Origin: Macrostomum hystrix
Lineage: Eukaryota > Animalia > Platyhelminthes
Direction of reading: 5' to 3'
DNA: 64,000 nucleotides
NCBI GenBank assembly: GCA_950097015.1
Contig: CATNEN010000001.1
Span: 11,842,001-11,906,000, forward strand
Shown here piece by piece: positions 47,000-61,900 of this stretch. The translations under genes and the position numbers were made by a program. The notes under the pieces are model-generated. The model saw nothing but the letters and a program-made list of their open reading frames with translations, was not told the DNA's origin and made no database searches. Every line of letters begins with the position of its first letter. Position 1 is the first letter of the stretch.

Positions 47000-49900
47000 G
47001 TCACAGCCCCTATCTTCTCCGGGTAGAGTAGTGTTCGGCAACGATGTTGACTCAGTCGACGTTGCCACCCGAGTGGCCATGGTTCGTTTCTTCAATTCGC
47101 CAAACGTGCTCGGCGGTTTTCTTGAGCACACCAGAACCCTGCGCCTGCACCCGAGACCTGTTGTGGCCTTCCAGTACGACGCCTTCGTTCAGTCTCGAGA
47201 GCGTCTGACAGATTTCACAACGCGCCTGGCTCGGACGCAGGCCGTCGAGTACTTCGCCGAGTGGTCGCTCTGTCCGGACAACTTCGCCTTCCAGCGCATC
47301 CACGCCGGTTTGATCGACCCGGCGGCCATCGGCGACAAGCCGAAGTGGTTCAGCCAGCAGCTGCAGCGGGTGGCTTTTGCCGTCTGCCGGCCAGACGGTG
47401 TCTGCACTCTGCGGCTGAAGCGAGCGGGCTTCGCTGAGGATGCGAATTCTGCGCCTGAAGCTTCGGCCACGGATGAGGCGCAGTCGGGTAAGAAGCCGCG
47501 AATGCGTGAATGTGTGAATGTGTGAATGCATGAATGTGTGAATGCGTGAATGTGTGAATGTGTGAATGCGTGAATGCGTGAATGTGTGAATGTGTGAATG
47601 CATGAGTGTGTGAATGTGTGAGTGTGTGAATGCGTGAATGCGTGAATGTGTGAATGTGTGAATGCGTGAATGCGTGAATGCGTGAATGTGTGAGTGTGTG
47701 AATGCATGAGTGTGTGAATGTGTGAACGCGTGAATGTGTGAGTGTGTGAATGTATGAATGTGTGAATGCGTGAATGTGTGAATGCGTGAATGTATGAATG
47801 TGTGAATGCGTGAATGTGTGAGTGTGTGAATGCATGAGTGTGTGAATGTGTGAGTGTGTGAATGTGTGAATGTGTGAATGCGTGAATGTGTGAGTGTATG
47901 AATGCATGAGTGTGTGAATGTGTGAACGCGTGAATGTGTGAATGCGTGAATGTGTGAATGCGTGAATGTGTGAATGCATGAGTGTGTGAATGTGTGAATG
48001 TGTGAATGCGTGAATGTGTGAATGCGTGAATGTGTGAGTGTATGAATGCATGAGTGTGTGAATGTGTGAACGCGTGAATGTGTGAATGCGTGAATGTGTG
48101 AATGCGTGAATGTGTGAATGCGTGAATGCGTGAATGTGTGAATGCGTGAATTTTTTAATTTGTGAATTTGTGAATGCGTGAATATATGAATGCGTGAATT
48201 TGTGAATGCGTGAATTCATGAATGTTGGAATGCGTGAATTTGTGAATATGTGAATGCGTAAGTGTGAGTTTGTGAATGTGAAAGTAAGTGCAGTGATTTT
48301 TGGTAAACCTAGTTAAACTTCTAGCTCAAACTGTATCAAGCAGCCGCTACATCGAGCTGCTGTTCTCAGAAATATATATATATATATCAATGATTGTCAT
48401 CAAATTCAATGTAGAATTGGTGACCCTGATTTTATTCGCATTTTGCATTTATTCAAATAACAAAAGCTCCACAGCAGTGCTCAAAGTGCTTCTCATCTTG
48501 TCCCTGACAGATCCTATATCCCTACTGTGTAAATTGTGGCCTGCAGTGATTTGGTGTGAGGCATTGTTTGCTTAGCATTATCCGTCTCCCAGTCTCGCAG
48601 TCTTCTTTCTCCTGCTTCATCGCTTGTTCTTAGCTTGGGTAAAATTTGTACTTTTAATCTGTTCAGTTCGTGCACTGATTTTTTACCGAAAGCCCTTTAT
48701 TTCTGTTGAAAATCTCGTGTAAACGTTTCGAAAAATGTATGTAAATTTTATCTAATTTTAATGTGCAGCTAGCAGCAGCAGCAGCAGCAGCAGCAGCAGC
48801 TGTGACTTTGATGAAGCCACAGGCAGAGGTAGGTGACGTCACTAGCAGATCATATTTCTGATGTTTTTTGTGCTTTACCGCTTTGTGAAAAAGTATAAAT
48901 ATAATGAATTGTCTTGTTTCGTGTCTCTCTCGTGCTTGCCTATCATCATTTTGTTATTTAATTGTTATGTTATAGTATATATGCTTACTTAAATTGTAGT
49001 TTCATTGTAAAGTTTGCTTTTTTCGTTCGCTATTTCAATAATAAAACACTATTTCGAATACTTTATAATAATATGACATGTTTAATCATTTTCTTCTAGA
49101 ATTTTTGATTGCCTTTCGCATTTTCTATGTCTTTATTTATTGCTTTGTGAATTTGTCTTTATTCATAAACTTAATCTTCTTGGTCATCATGATTCTTCAG
49201 GCCGTCAGCCACTAAATCACCTGAACCTTCAGGCCATCAGCCACAATTTCCTCTGATTCTTCAGGCCATCAGCCACTATTTCCTCTGATTCTTCAGGCCA
49301 TCAGCCACTGTTTCCTCTGCTTATTCAGGCCATCAGCCACAGTTTCCTCAGATTCTTCAGGCCATCAGCCAATATTTACTCAGATTCTTCAGGCCATCAG
49401 CACAATTTCCTCTGATTCTTCAGGCCATCAGCCACTATTTCCTCTGCTTATTCAGGCCATCAGCCACTATTTCCTCTGATTCTTCAGGCCATCAGCCACA
49501 ATTTCCTCTGATTCTTTAGGCCATCAGCCACAATTTCCTCTGATTCTTCAGGCCATCAGCCACTGTTTCCTCTGCTTATTCAGGCCATCAGCCACAATTT
49601 CCTCTGATTCTTCAGGCCATCAGCCACTGTTTCCTCTGCTTATTCAGGCCATCAGCCACTATTTCCTCTGATTCTTCAGGCCATCAGCCACTGTTTCCTC
49701 TGCTTATTCAGGCCATCAGCCACTATTTCCTCTGATTCTTCAGGCCATCAGCCACTGTTTCCTCTGCTTATTCAGGCCATCAGCCACAATTTCCTCTGAT
49801 TCTTCAGGCCATCAGCCACTGTTTCCTCTGCTTATTCAGGCCATCAGCCACAATTTCCTCTGATTCTTCAGGCCATCAGCCACTGTTTCCTCTGCTTATT

Positions 49901-52900
49901 CAGGCCATCAGCCACAATTTCCTCTGATTCTTCAGGCCATCAGCCACTGTTTCCTCTGCTTATTCAGGCCATCAGCCACTGTTTCCTCTGCTTATTCAGG
50001 CCATCAGCCACTGTTTCCTCTGATTCTTCAGGCCATCAGCCACTGTTTCCTCTGCTTATTCAGGCCATCAGCCACAATTTCCTCTGATTCTTCAGGCCAT
50101 CAGCCACTGTTTCCTCTGCTTATTCAGGCCATCAGCCACAATTTCCTCTGATTCTTCAGGCCATCAGCCACTGTTTCCTCTGCTTATTCAGGCCATCAGC
50201 CACAGTTTCCTCAGATTCTTCAGGCCATCAGCCACTGTTTCCTCTGATTCTTCAGGCCATCAGCCACTGTTTCCTCTGCTTATTCAGGCCATCAGCCACT
50301 GTTTCCTCTGCTTATTCAGGCCATCAGCCACTGTTTCCTCTGATTCTTCAGGCCATCAGCCACTGTTTCCTCTGCTTATTCAGGCCATCAGCCACTATTT
50401 CCTCTGATTCTTCAGGCCATCAGCCACTGTTTCCTCTGCTTATTCAGGCCATCAGCCACAATTTCCTCTGATTCTTCAGGCCATCAGCCACTGTTTCCTC
50501 TGCTTATTCAGGCCATCAGCCACTATTTCCTCTGATTCTTCAGGCCATCAGCCACATATTACGAGTCACTGTATCACGTGTGCACTTATATAAAAAATGT
50601 TTACAGTTCTCAGTAATCGCTGTATTTTTATTTCTGCTTTTCTCCACCCAACTGAATATTCCCAAATTAACTTTTTTCCCAGTGTTAAATTGGTCTTTAT
50701 CTTGTAGAGTCATTCGGTCTATTGACAGTTTATTTTACACAGTTTTCCCCCAAATTTTATCAAAGCGATCAATCTAAATGAATAAATTATTGATTTAGGT
50801 AGTCGGGTACCAAACTCAGACGTTACCAGATCCTATTGAAATAGTTCAATCCGCATCGATTCCACTCGACTGGTGTTTGATGGCATGACATCTAGATGCC
50901 ATCAAGATAATCGCTGTCTTTCTGAAAAATTTAGGTCTTGTAGACAATGTGTCATTGAGAAATTCGCCCAGTCCATGGACTGAACTGCTGTACACAGCCA
51001 GTGGCTGTACTCCAAACCTGCTTCTCAAAGTCTTCTCATCTTTCTACAAATTTCTCCTTCATTCCAACCTCAATTTGATCCCAAAATCCCATCAAAATGT
51101 AGACGAGAGCGGCCGATCCGACTCCTCGGACAACGAAAACGATGGCATCAGCGGCGCCGTCAGCGGCCGGCCGGGCTCTTCAGCAGCTGCAGCGGACCGG
51201 CTGACAGACAGCTCGTCCTATTCCAGCCTCACCGACTTTGTGTCGGAAATGATCTCGTCCGACATCAACTGCGATCCGAATGGCGGCGGAATGGCGAACG
51301 GCAACCGGGGCGCGTCACCTTCGCCAGCATCTTCGGCCCTTCAGACCGCCCGGCTCACCGTTGAATTGACGCCGGACATTTTCCAGCCCCCGGTGTGCCT
51401 GCAGCTCCCAGGAGCCGAGGCGGAGGCTGGCGCACCGATGCTGCCGGGGACAGCTGACCGACCGGCTGACCACGCCAGCTCGGAGGATGAGGCGGCAGTT
51501 GACAATGACGATTCGGTGAGCCTATGAGCCCAGTCATTGACTCTAGTATGAGCCCAGTCATTGACTCTAGTATGAGCCCAGTCATTGACTCTAGTATGAG
51601 CCCAGTCATTGACTCTAGTATGAGCCCAGTCATGGACTCTAGTATGAGCCCAGTCATTGACTCTAGTATGAGCCCAGTCAGTGACTCTAGTATGAGCCCA
51701 GTCAGTGACTCTAGAGAATCATCGTCATTATCAGTTAGTCACGGAAATATTTTACAATTTTACAATATTTAAAACTACTGTTCTAAACAACAATGCCAAA
51801 TTTTCAGAGGCCGTTGGTAACTCGTGGTTCAGCAGCGTCCAGGTAAACTGACGAGATTTTGTGCCAAATCACTTTAAAGAAGAAGATCTGTAAATCGTAA
51901 AAGATTTTTGTTTTAACAGAACACGAAGTTTGCCAAGCAATCAGCAGCAGCAGCAGCAGCAGCGGCAGCAATCGTCATCGCATCATCATGGCATCCCGCC
52001 GAGGCCTCCGCCGCCGAAGCGCATCGGCAGCGTTGGCTCGCACCCCGGCACTCCGGAGGGTGCGCCAAGAGTCGCTGCGGGCGTCAGCACAATGTCTAGC
52101 AACAGCAGCAGCAGCGGTCAGCCTAATCAGGCGCGTCTGGAACGGCAAGATTCAGCATCTTCTGTATCATCTGTTCACCTGCTTGATTCTTTTGCTCTTG
52201 ATAGTCGGCAGCAGCAGCAGCAGCAGCAGCAGCAATCAATCGGAGAATACTTTGGTATATTAAATGTCTACAATGATAATTTTTTATGGGGTTGAGTGTC
52301 AGAGCGGTTAACGCGTCTGCCTCTCGCACCAAGATCCCTGAGTTCGATTCCGCGGCGAGGCCACATTCGTTTGGGGCGCAGCCGCGGAGAGAAGGCTTTG
52401 GGGCTTGTCGTACAATTTACGCCCTTGATGGCCAACTACCAAGTCACACTGAAGTGTACACTGCCTGACGATGATACACTGCCTGTGAGTGTGTACCTGC
52501 GTACAGTTTCTGTGTGCGTGTGTGCTCAGGAGTCAGCGAAATGAGCAGAATTGCCTCCTCGCTGGCTGCGGGTCTAGCGTCACCAAATGATGTGCCATTG
52601 CCAGCAGCCCCCCTATTATAATTATTAATTTTCTTACTTAAACACAAAATGTATAAGGCGTATTGCAGTCATCACAATATCTAGACAGATGAGGAATGAA
52701 GCCATCTGTAATTGAATTATATATTATTAATTTGGTGCACTTTTTACATTCTAAAAATAGCCAACACCCGCTGCCCAACACAAAGCTAATATGCTTTCTG
52801 GCTTTGCGTGACGGATAATGAACATAAATTCTCCTGGCTGAAGTCATTCCTACTAGCGAATTTTTCTCAAAAGGGGATATTTTTAGCATTTACTTTTTGT

Positions 52901-55900
52901 CACATCGTCAACCGAGTTGAGCTCTGTATTCCCCCCCCCGCTCAACAATTCAATTGGGATTCTGGCGAAAATGTCATCTATTTTTCTGCTTAGTCCTTTT
53001 GTTGCTATTTTTAACAATAACTTTCATCTTTGTCTCCCCTCGAGAGAAAAAATTATATCTATTTTGATCATGCTAGTGCAAAAAGCACTTTCTCCACTCC
53101 TGAAAATTGGTTCTTAAACATTTCATCCCTTTTCATACACTCCCTGCATCTCAGTTCACCCTCCCTTCATCTCAGTTCACACTCCCTGCATCTCAGTTCA
53201 CACTTCCTTCATCTCAGTTCACACTTCCTTCATCTCAGTTCACACTCCCTTCATCTCAGTTCACACCCCTTCATCTCAGTTCATACTCCCTTCATCTCAG
53301 TTCACCCTCCATTCATCTCAGTTCACCCTCCCTTCATCTCAGTTCACACTCCCTTCATCTCAGTTCACACTCCCTTCATCTCAGTTCACACTCCCTGCAT
53401 CTCAGCTCACACTCCCCCTGCATCTCAGTTCACACTCCCTGCATCTCAGTTCACACTCCCTGCATCTCAGCTCACACTCCCTGCATCTCAGTTCATCTCT
53501 CACCTGTCCGTCACGCAGGCCAGAAGACAACGGCAGCTTTGAACCGTAGCGGCCTGCAGTTCGCTCCTCTGGGCATGAAACGATCCGTGGTCGAGAGTTC
53601 GTCTCTGAGGCGTCAAGCTCAAGGGCTGGTGCAGCAGCAGCAGCAGCAGCCGCCGCAGCCACTTTCTCCTTCCATTAGAAAGTCTTCAACAGCAGAGGTT
53701 AGCCCGACCTCCGTGGCCGATCTAGCCTTCCTGAAGGACATCGCCTCAAGTGTACTCGACGGTCAGGGAGTCGGTTTCTTGAAAGGTGGCCAGCTTCGCT
53801 CGCTGATGGAGAGCGAATCTTATCGCTGCATGCTGCTGTCCAAGCTCAATCACAACCTGCTCGGTGACAAGCTCACGGACACCAGTCAGGAGCAGCAGCT
53901 GACTGACCAGCCCGTGCGCAGGGCCGTGTTCAAAGGCCTCCTGACTGCGCTTAAGGCTATCGTAACGGGACTCGAGCGGAGCTATCGCAGCCACAGTCGG
54001 GGCGGCCTGGCCTCCGCCCTGATGCTGCTGGAGGTGGCCCACACTCACTACTGGCTGAGGGACGCCAATGCGGCCGCGAGAAATGCCACCGATCCCTTAC
54101 AGGTGTGAAATCCCATATTTTTATTTTGAGCAGTTACTAAAATCCTAGATCCTCCTCTTTGGCAGTCACTAAAATCCCAGATTTTCATTTTGAGCTATTA
54201 GTAAATCCTAGATCCTCCTCTTTAGCAGTCACTAGAATCCCAGATCCTCATATTGATCAGTCTCTAGAATCTCAGATGCCCATCTTGAGGAGTCACTAGA
54301 ATCCAAGATCCTCGTTTTGAGCATTCAATTAAATTCCAGGTCATAATCTTGAGCAGTGACTAGAATCCCAGTTCTTCATCTTGAGCAGTGACTAGAATCC
54401 CAGTTCTTAATCTTGAGCAGTGACTAGAATCCCAGTTCTTCATCTTGAGCAGTGACTAGAATCCCAGTTCTTCATCTTGAGCAGTGACTAGAATCCCAGT
54501 TCTTCATCTTGAGCAGTGACTAGAATCCCAGTTCTTCATCTTGAGCAGTGACTAGAATCCCAGTTCTTCATCTTGAGCAGTGCCTACAATCCCAGATCCT
54601 CGTTTAAAGCAGTCAATTAAATTGTGATTCCTCATCTTGAGCAGTCACTAGAATCCCAGATCCTCATTTCGAAATCCAAAAACATTGTCAGAAACTGTCG
54701 CCATTTGGCAGCCAGGACAGTCTGTCAACACCGGCAGCTGCCAACTCATCGTCGGGCGACCTGGACGCCTCAAACTTTGTGGCCACAGTGGGTGAGTAGT
54801 GTTAACTGCCCACGCCCCGTGATTTGACTCGAAGTCAAAAAGATCTTGCTGTTGTTTGTGCAGTTTCATTAGTGGCAACATCGGCACTTAGAATTGCAAG
54901 TATTTTTCTGGTAATTTTTCTAAAAGTTAAACAATGTTGCACTTTTCTTATCATCATACTACTCACAGTTCACTTCAGTAGCCATGTTTGAATGTCTGAT
55001 CATTTAAATGTGATGACAAAAATAGCTTAATTTAACTATGGTGAAAAGTACTGGCTTCTATGGCTTTTGAAAAAGTAAAAAAATACTTGTAGATATTGCA
55101 TCGGAAAGTTATTTTTTGTTAAGATTTTTTGTCTGAACCTGATTTACTTTGCACTTTTACCGTCAGTACTCTCATCTTCACTTTTATTTCTTATAGTCAT
55201 GTCTGGCTGCTTTGCTTTTAAAATTAGAGGAAAATTATGTACTTTTACTCGATACGACTCAATAATTGAGTGACAGTCAGTGAGATCAGAGTGATACTGA
55301 ATGGGATAAGAATTAAAGCGATAAGAATGATTATGAATGGGATAAAACTGACAGTGGATGGGATAAGAGTGACTGTGGGTATGACAAGAATGACTGTGAA
55401 TAGGTAAAGAATTACTCTTCATTAAATAAGATTACTGTGAACAGGATAATAATTACTGGAAATTGAATAAGAATGACTGTGAATATGACAAGAATGACTG
55501 TAAGTATGACAAGAGTGACTGTGAGTATGACAAGAATGACTGGGGGTATGACAAGAGTGACAGTGAGTATGACAAGAATGGCTGTGAATATGACAAGAAT
55601 GGCTGTGAATATGACAAGAGTGACTGTGAGTATGACAAGAATGACTGTGAATATGACAAGAATGGCTGTGAGTATGACAAGAATGACAGTGAGTATGATA
55701 AGAGTGACTGTGAGTATGACAAGAATGACAGTATCTATGACAAGAATGACAGTGAGTATGACAAGAATGACAGTGAGTATGACAAGAATGACAGTGAGTA
55801 TGACAAGAATGACAGTATGTATGACAAGAATGACAGTGAGTATGACAAGAATGACAGTGAGTATGACAAGAATGACAGTGAGTATGACAAGAATGACAGT

Positions 55901-58900
55901 GAGTATGACAAGAATGACAGTGAATAGGATAAGAATTACTGTGAATAGGATAATAATGACTGAATAGTATAAGAATGATCATGAATGTTATAAGAATGAT
56001 CATGAACGGGATAAAAGTGACCGTGAATAGGATCGAACCGGGATAAGAGCGTTACAATTGAATGTTAAAAGTAGTGAAGCATAAGCTGCTTATTTGGAAG
56101 TGAAAAAACACAATTTGGAATTCATTATCAACTGCACGACCTGAAGCTGAGTCAACGAAGAACGCCCTGGCTTCGACAACTTCGGACAGCGCCAACGCCA
56201 CCTCCTGGTTAGCGATGAAGTTTCTGAGCCTCTTGGGTCCAAGCAGCGGTGCTGGAGCAACGTCAGGTTATCGATCACACCGACGACCTCGATCGTTGGC
56301 TCTTGGCGACGATTTTGTTAATCGCGGCGGCGTCAGGTCGGCCTCTGGAACACCGCTCGGCCCGCTTTTCGAAGCTGGAGAAGGCGCCATCTTCGCAGCA
56401 GGTTATTGTGCCGACCTGAGTTGCCTTTTGGCCTGCTGAATTGCATTGAGTATAGTAAAACAACTGGTGGCAGTTGCGGTGGCGGCTGTAGGAGTTTCAT
56501 ACGTGTTTGTGGTGGCAGTTGCCGTGACAGACAGCTGTAGGAGTTTCATACGTGTTTGTGGTGGCAGTTGCCGTGACAGCTGTAGGAGTTTCATACGTGT
56601 TTGTGGTGGCAGTGCGTTGTCTTTGCTGTCACGGAGAAGCTGGGAAGGTTTTAGTCGAATTGGGAGATTTGGGAATGAGGATAATTGTGTCGAGTTGGCA
56701 GACACAAATAATAATAATAGTATGATAATTGCAGGAGGGCTGCGGGCAACGGCATAGGCTTTGGTGACACTAGACCCGCAGCCAGCGAGGAGGCAATTCT
56801 GACTATTTCGCTGACTCCTGAGCACACACGCACACAGATACAGTACGCAGGCACACGCTCACACAGGTGTGTACATCTGCCCTGACTTTCTCATCGTCTC
56901 TTGGAGGTTGGCTATCAATTGCACGACAACTCAAAGCCTTCTCTCCGCGGCTGCGCCCCAAATTAATGTGGCATCGCCGCGGAATCGAACTCAGGGACCT
57001 TGATGCGAGAGGCAAACAGGAGACACTGGGAAATGGGATAATTATATAAGGAAATTATGTATGGGAATGATAGTGTGCAATAGGTAAAAAAGGAACAAGT
57101 GGTGTCTGACTCACTAATAATTTCTTACTCACCTGGAAATAGTCAAAAAAAGCTTTTTTGCTTAATCTGTTTAATCTATCCAATGACCCAGAAAATTTTA
57201 ATCGCCAATGTGAAACTTCTGTATCAAGTTTTTTTCTCTCCATATTTTCTCAGTTGCGCCATCACTTTTAAATCGAGATGCACAATTCGTCAGATATTAT
57301 CATCACACTACTGTTAGTAAAAAAGTAAGCATTTAGGCCAGCATTTACCCAAAACCAAGAATTCTGTAGTAAGCCCTATGACAGAGAAAGCCAGAGACAA
57401 TCTTCTGTCGTTATCCTTCGCTCTCGCAGCCGGCTGGTTCAAGGACATTCGCGAGGTCACCGCCGGCAGTCGGGGCGCCAGCCCTAGACGACTCAGTGGC
57501 AAAGGTTTGTTGAGCTCGCCTTTGGAAGCGACAGAAGTACCAAATGTTCGGCAATGTATATTGTATACTAACAGTTCATAGATACATCTATAGATGTTAT
57601 ATACTGCTTGATAATAACTTCCTCTAATAAGCGCGTGTTGTGGGTGTATATCCCAATTCGCTCCAATTGTTTCCTTCTGCTTAATTTACCCATCAAATTT
57701 ATCTTTCGATTAGTCGAATTCTGTCTTGACAAAAATAACAACCGGTTCTTTTCTTGAGCCGTCGAGCTGAACTTGCAAACTATCATTCGTGTAATTTGTT
57801 GTTTTCTCTCTTCTGTTGCTATACTAATCTAAATGTCTTGAGAATAAAAATCTGTGAAAAAAAATAACTCAACAATACTAGTTGTCGGCTGGTTGAGTAT
57901 GTTTAACCATTTCTTCTGCCCTATCGCTGTTATCCTAAGCGCGATTTTAAACATTTTTACGCCAATTGTTATTTGCAACGTTTTACATAAGTATCCCTCT
58001 GTATAAGCAGGAAATAATGTGAATAGTTTTCTCAACAAAAAACATTGCTAACAGGCCCACCCGTGATGCTGAACGGTGAGGAGTACGAAAATATTGAAGT
58101 CAGCGGTCCGGCCACGTCAGCAGCCGGACTGTCTTTGGCCGCAGCGACGTCCGTCCCAACTCCAACTGATTCAATGCGCGAACTGCGAGTTGGCGGCGGC
58201 GGCGGCGGCGGCGGCGGAGGAACCGGTTCGGGCGGCGGCGACGCCTCGCCGTCATCCGACTGCGGCGCTCGCCCGCCGCCGATCTCTAGCAAGAGTCGCT
58301 GCTCGTCGGGCTATCGTTACACAACAGCTGGCCAGAGAGTCCGCACCGTCGGCTCGGTTGGCGAGGACACGGGCCGGACCTACCTGTTCGAGCTGATGTC
58401 CGCCAAGGACCGCAGCCAGCTGTGGGATCAGATGCAGTTCTGGGAGGATGCTTTTCTAGACGCTGTGGCTGCCGAGCGAGACATCGTGGGCATGGATCAG
58501 GGACCGAATGAGATGATGTCAAGGTCAGAGTCAGGCACAACAACTTTTCTGTCACCTTTAGTAGTAATAACAATTGCAGGAGGGCTGCGGGCAATGGCAC
58601 ATCATTTGGTGACTCTAGACCTGCGGCCAGCGAGGAGGCAATTCTGCCCATTTCGCTGACCCCTGAGCACACACTCACACAGGTGTGTAGATCTGCCCCA
58701 GACTTTCTCATCGTCAGGCAGTGTACGCTCTCACTGTGCCTTGGAGGTTGGCCCTCAAGGGCGTAAATTGCACAACAAGCCCCCAAGCCTTTTCTCCCCG
58801 GATGAATGTGGCCTCGCCGCGGAATCGAGCTCTAGGACCTTGGTGCTAGAGGCAAATGCGTTAGACAACTCTGCCACTCACCCCCTTCCGCCTTCACACT

Positions 58901-61900
58901 CTCTCCTTAATTAACGTGCTTGTAGCTTAGTGGAGCTTCGGAACTGTGAAGCTGTGAAGGACAACCGTTTGTGTTACTTGCGTCCATGGACAATGCAGCT
59001 GTACACAGCTACTGGGAAATAGTATTAGTATCAATTAAAATTAATAAAATCAGGCAATATACCTATAAAACTCTCCAGGTACGAATCACTGGGCAAAGCT
59101 GAGCGCAAGCGACTCGAACTGGACGAAGATCGCCTGCTGAGCACAATGCTCTACAATCTGGTGGCCTTCATGGTCATGATGCGGGTGGATACGGCCGATC
59201 TGAGGAAAAAAGTAAGAAACTGCCGCCCTACTTGACTACTTACAGTAGAAATGCGAGAATATTTCAGCCAGATAACTGAAAGGCAGTGGACTTTCTCCAT
59301 GCTCCATGGACCTGGATAATTTATTCTGATTGTTTTCAAAGGTGAGACGCCTGCTTGGCAAGAGCCACATCGGTCTGCACTACAGCCAGGAAATCAATGC
59401 GCTGCTCGACCAGCTAACCGGACTATCTGGCAATGACATCGATTTGAAGCCTCCGCTGAGTCGCTTCATGCAGAAACAGTCCTTTGCCGTGCACTGCGGC
59501 CAAGACAAGACTGGCGATTTGCGCTTTCTCGAAGTCTGCGACGACTGTCTCATACTCAGAGCCTGCTCAGGTGCCATTGTCGACCGATGGTGGTACGAAA
59601 AGCTGGTCAACATGACCTTCTGTCCAAACACCCGCGTGCTCGTGCTGTGGCGCAGGGAAAACGCAGCCGTTGCTAGCGCCTGTGCCAGTCCAGCTGCTCC
59701 CGCTGTGCGCAGCGTGTTCTACAGCAAGAAATGCCGCGACGTGTACAACTGCATCCGAGACCAGATGGCCCGAGCTGCGGCCAGGACTGTACACAGGACT
59801 GACACCATCGGTGAGTGCGTCACCCTCATCCACACAGATCTTCACAAATCCATTTAAATCTCTACCAATCCACCTAAATCTCTACCAATCCACCCAAATC
59901 TCCACCAATCCACCTAAATCTCTACCAATCCACCCAAATCTCTACCAATCCACCTAAATCTCTACCAATCCACCAAATCTCTACCAATCCACCAAATCTC
60001 TACCAATCCACCAAATCTCTACCAATCCACCAAATCTCTACCAATCCACCTAAATCTCTACCAATCCACCTAAATCTCTACCAATCCACCAAATCTCTAC
60101 CAATCCACCTAAATCTCTACCAATCCACCCAAATCTCTACCAATCCACCCAAATCTCTACCAATCCACCTAAATCTCTACCAATCCACCCAAATCACTAC
60201 CAATCCACCAAATTTCTACCAATCCACCCAAATCTCTACCAATCCACCCAAATCTCTACCAATCCACCCAAATCTCTACCAATCCACCCAAATCTCTACC
60301 AATCCACCCAAATCACTACCAATCCACCTAAATCTCTACCAATCCACCCAAATCTCTACCAATCCACCCAAGTCACTACCAATCCACCCAGATATCTACT
60401 AAATCCATCCAAATATTTACTAATCTACCCAAACCTACGCCTTGAAGGCATGGTTGGCGAACTAGGAAGTCGCTACGAAGTGGTTGAGACTACCACGGGA
60501 GACTCCGGCCTACTGCAAGTCAGCATGCAGGGCATTCAGCTGACATTGAACAATGCTCCCAAGGTAATAAGTCACGAATATTGCTGTTTTTCAACAATTT
60601 GTTTTATTTCGAGTATTAGCTTGCAGAATAATATGATTTTCTCGTCTTCTGTTAGCTCGTATTTTAAATAATCTACGTGTTCTTACATATTAAGATAGGA
60701 GCGCTTTCACTTTCCTTTTAAACTCAGTATTTTGCCTAATTAATTATTAAGTAGATCCATTGGCGAAAACAATTTTTACAGCCTGTCTTCATTGAGATGT
60801 CGAGAATAAAGCGTTGCTTTATTCAAAAAGGATTCCTAGTTATGGAGGTGTGCGGTGAGTGTCAAATCGATAGTGGGATAAAACAAATAATTCATTTCAG
60901 CAATTAAATACGGAAATGGTAGTCACAGTAATAAAGTGTCTATTTCATAACACCATATAACATTTCATTTCTGTACTTGCATCCTAAAGGAATTATAAAA
61001 ATCTCATCATTTTTTTATTGCGGCGATAAACTATTTTAAATTATTGATATTTAATATTGAAAATTATTATCGTATAGTATATAATATAAAAATATTACAA
61101 GGTATAAAGAAGCAATTGTCCTATCTAATCTTTATATTAACATATAGCTGTAATACATACTGTAAACCTCAAAATTCGCAAGATGCTAAGCTAATTTTTG
61201 CATAATAATTTTTAACAAAATGAGTTATAAAAGCATTGGTTCCGCGATTTCTAAACCTTTTTTTAGTCCGTAGTCATAACTTTAATTTTAACCGAAAAAA
61301 TGGCATCGTTTGCTTGATTTTTAACTGATTGAAGTTAATATTTAACATCCAATTTCCACTCTGCGATGTAAGCATTTAATATTTGCAAGTCTAAGGAAAA
61401 ACGTAAAACTGTTACAGAGCCCGAGAAGCGGCAAATCAAGCAGATGACCTTCAAGTCGGATAGTGTGAGTACCCAACTGATTATCTGTTTACTTTGTTTG
61501 TCTGTAATAAATCTGTTAGCTGTCGGTTGAGTTGTTGTTCTAAACTATTTTAGTTCCTTGATTCCCCATGATATATACTTATGTTATAGATGTGTCAGTG
61601 TAATGCACCGCCTTGTTCATAATTACTTGTGAAATGTAGATTTTAAATCGTGTTTGATGACGTAGGCGACAATCCGAGAAATATTACACTCGTAATAGTA
61701 GTATTTTAAAGGTGGTTGTTGGCAACGACGCATTATTCGGGGATAATAGACCCACAGCCAGCAAGGAGACAATTAATTCTGCTCCTTTAACTGACCCCTG
61801 AGCACACATACAAGTAGCTGTGTACAACTGTCCTGATTTTCTCATCGTCAGTGTTCAATCTCACTGTGCCGTAAGACGTAGATTATCAAGCTACCAAGCC

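Noticed and set aside
55422-56003. His/Cys-rich metal-binding-like or (YDKNDSE)n ORFs
   Set aside because: Translations of a 21-bp intronic satellite with no supported splice or start context.
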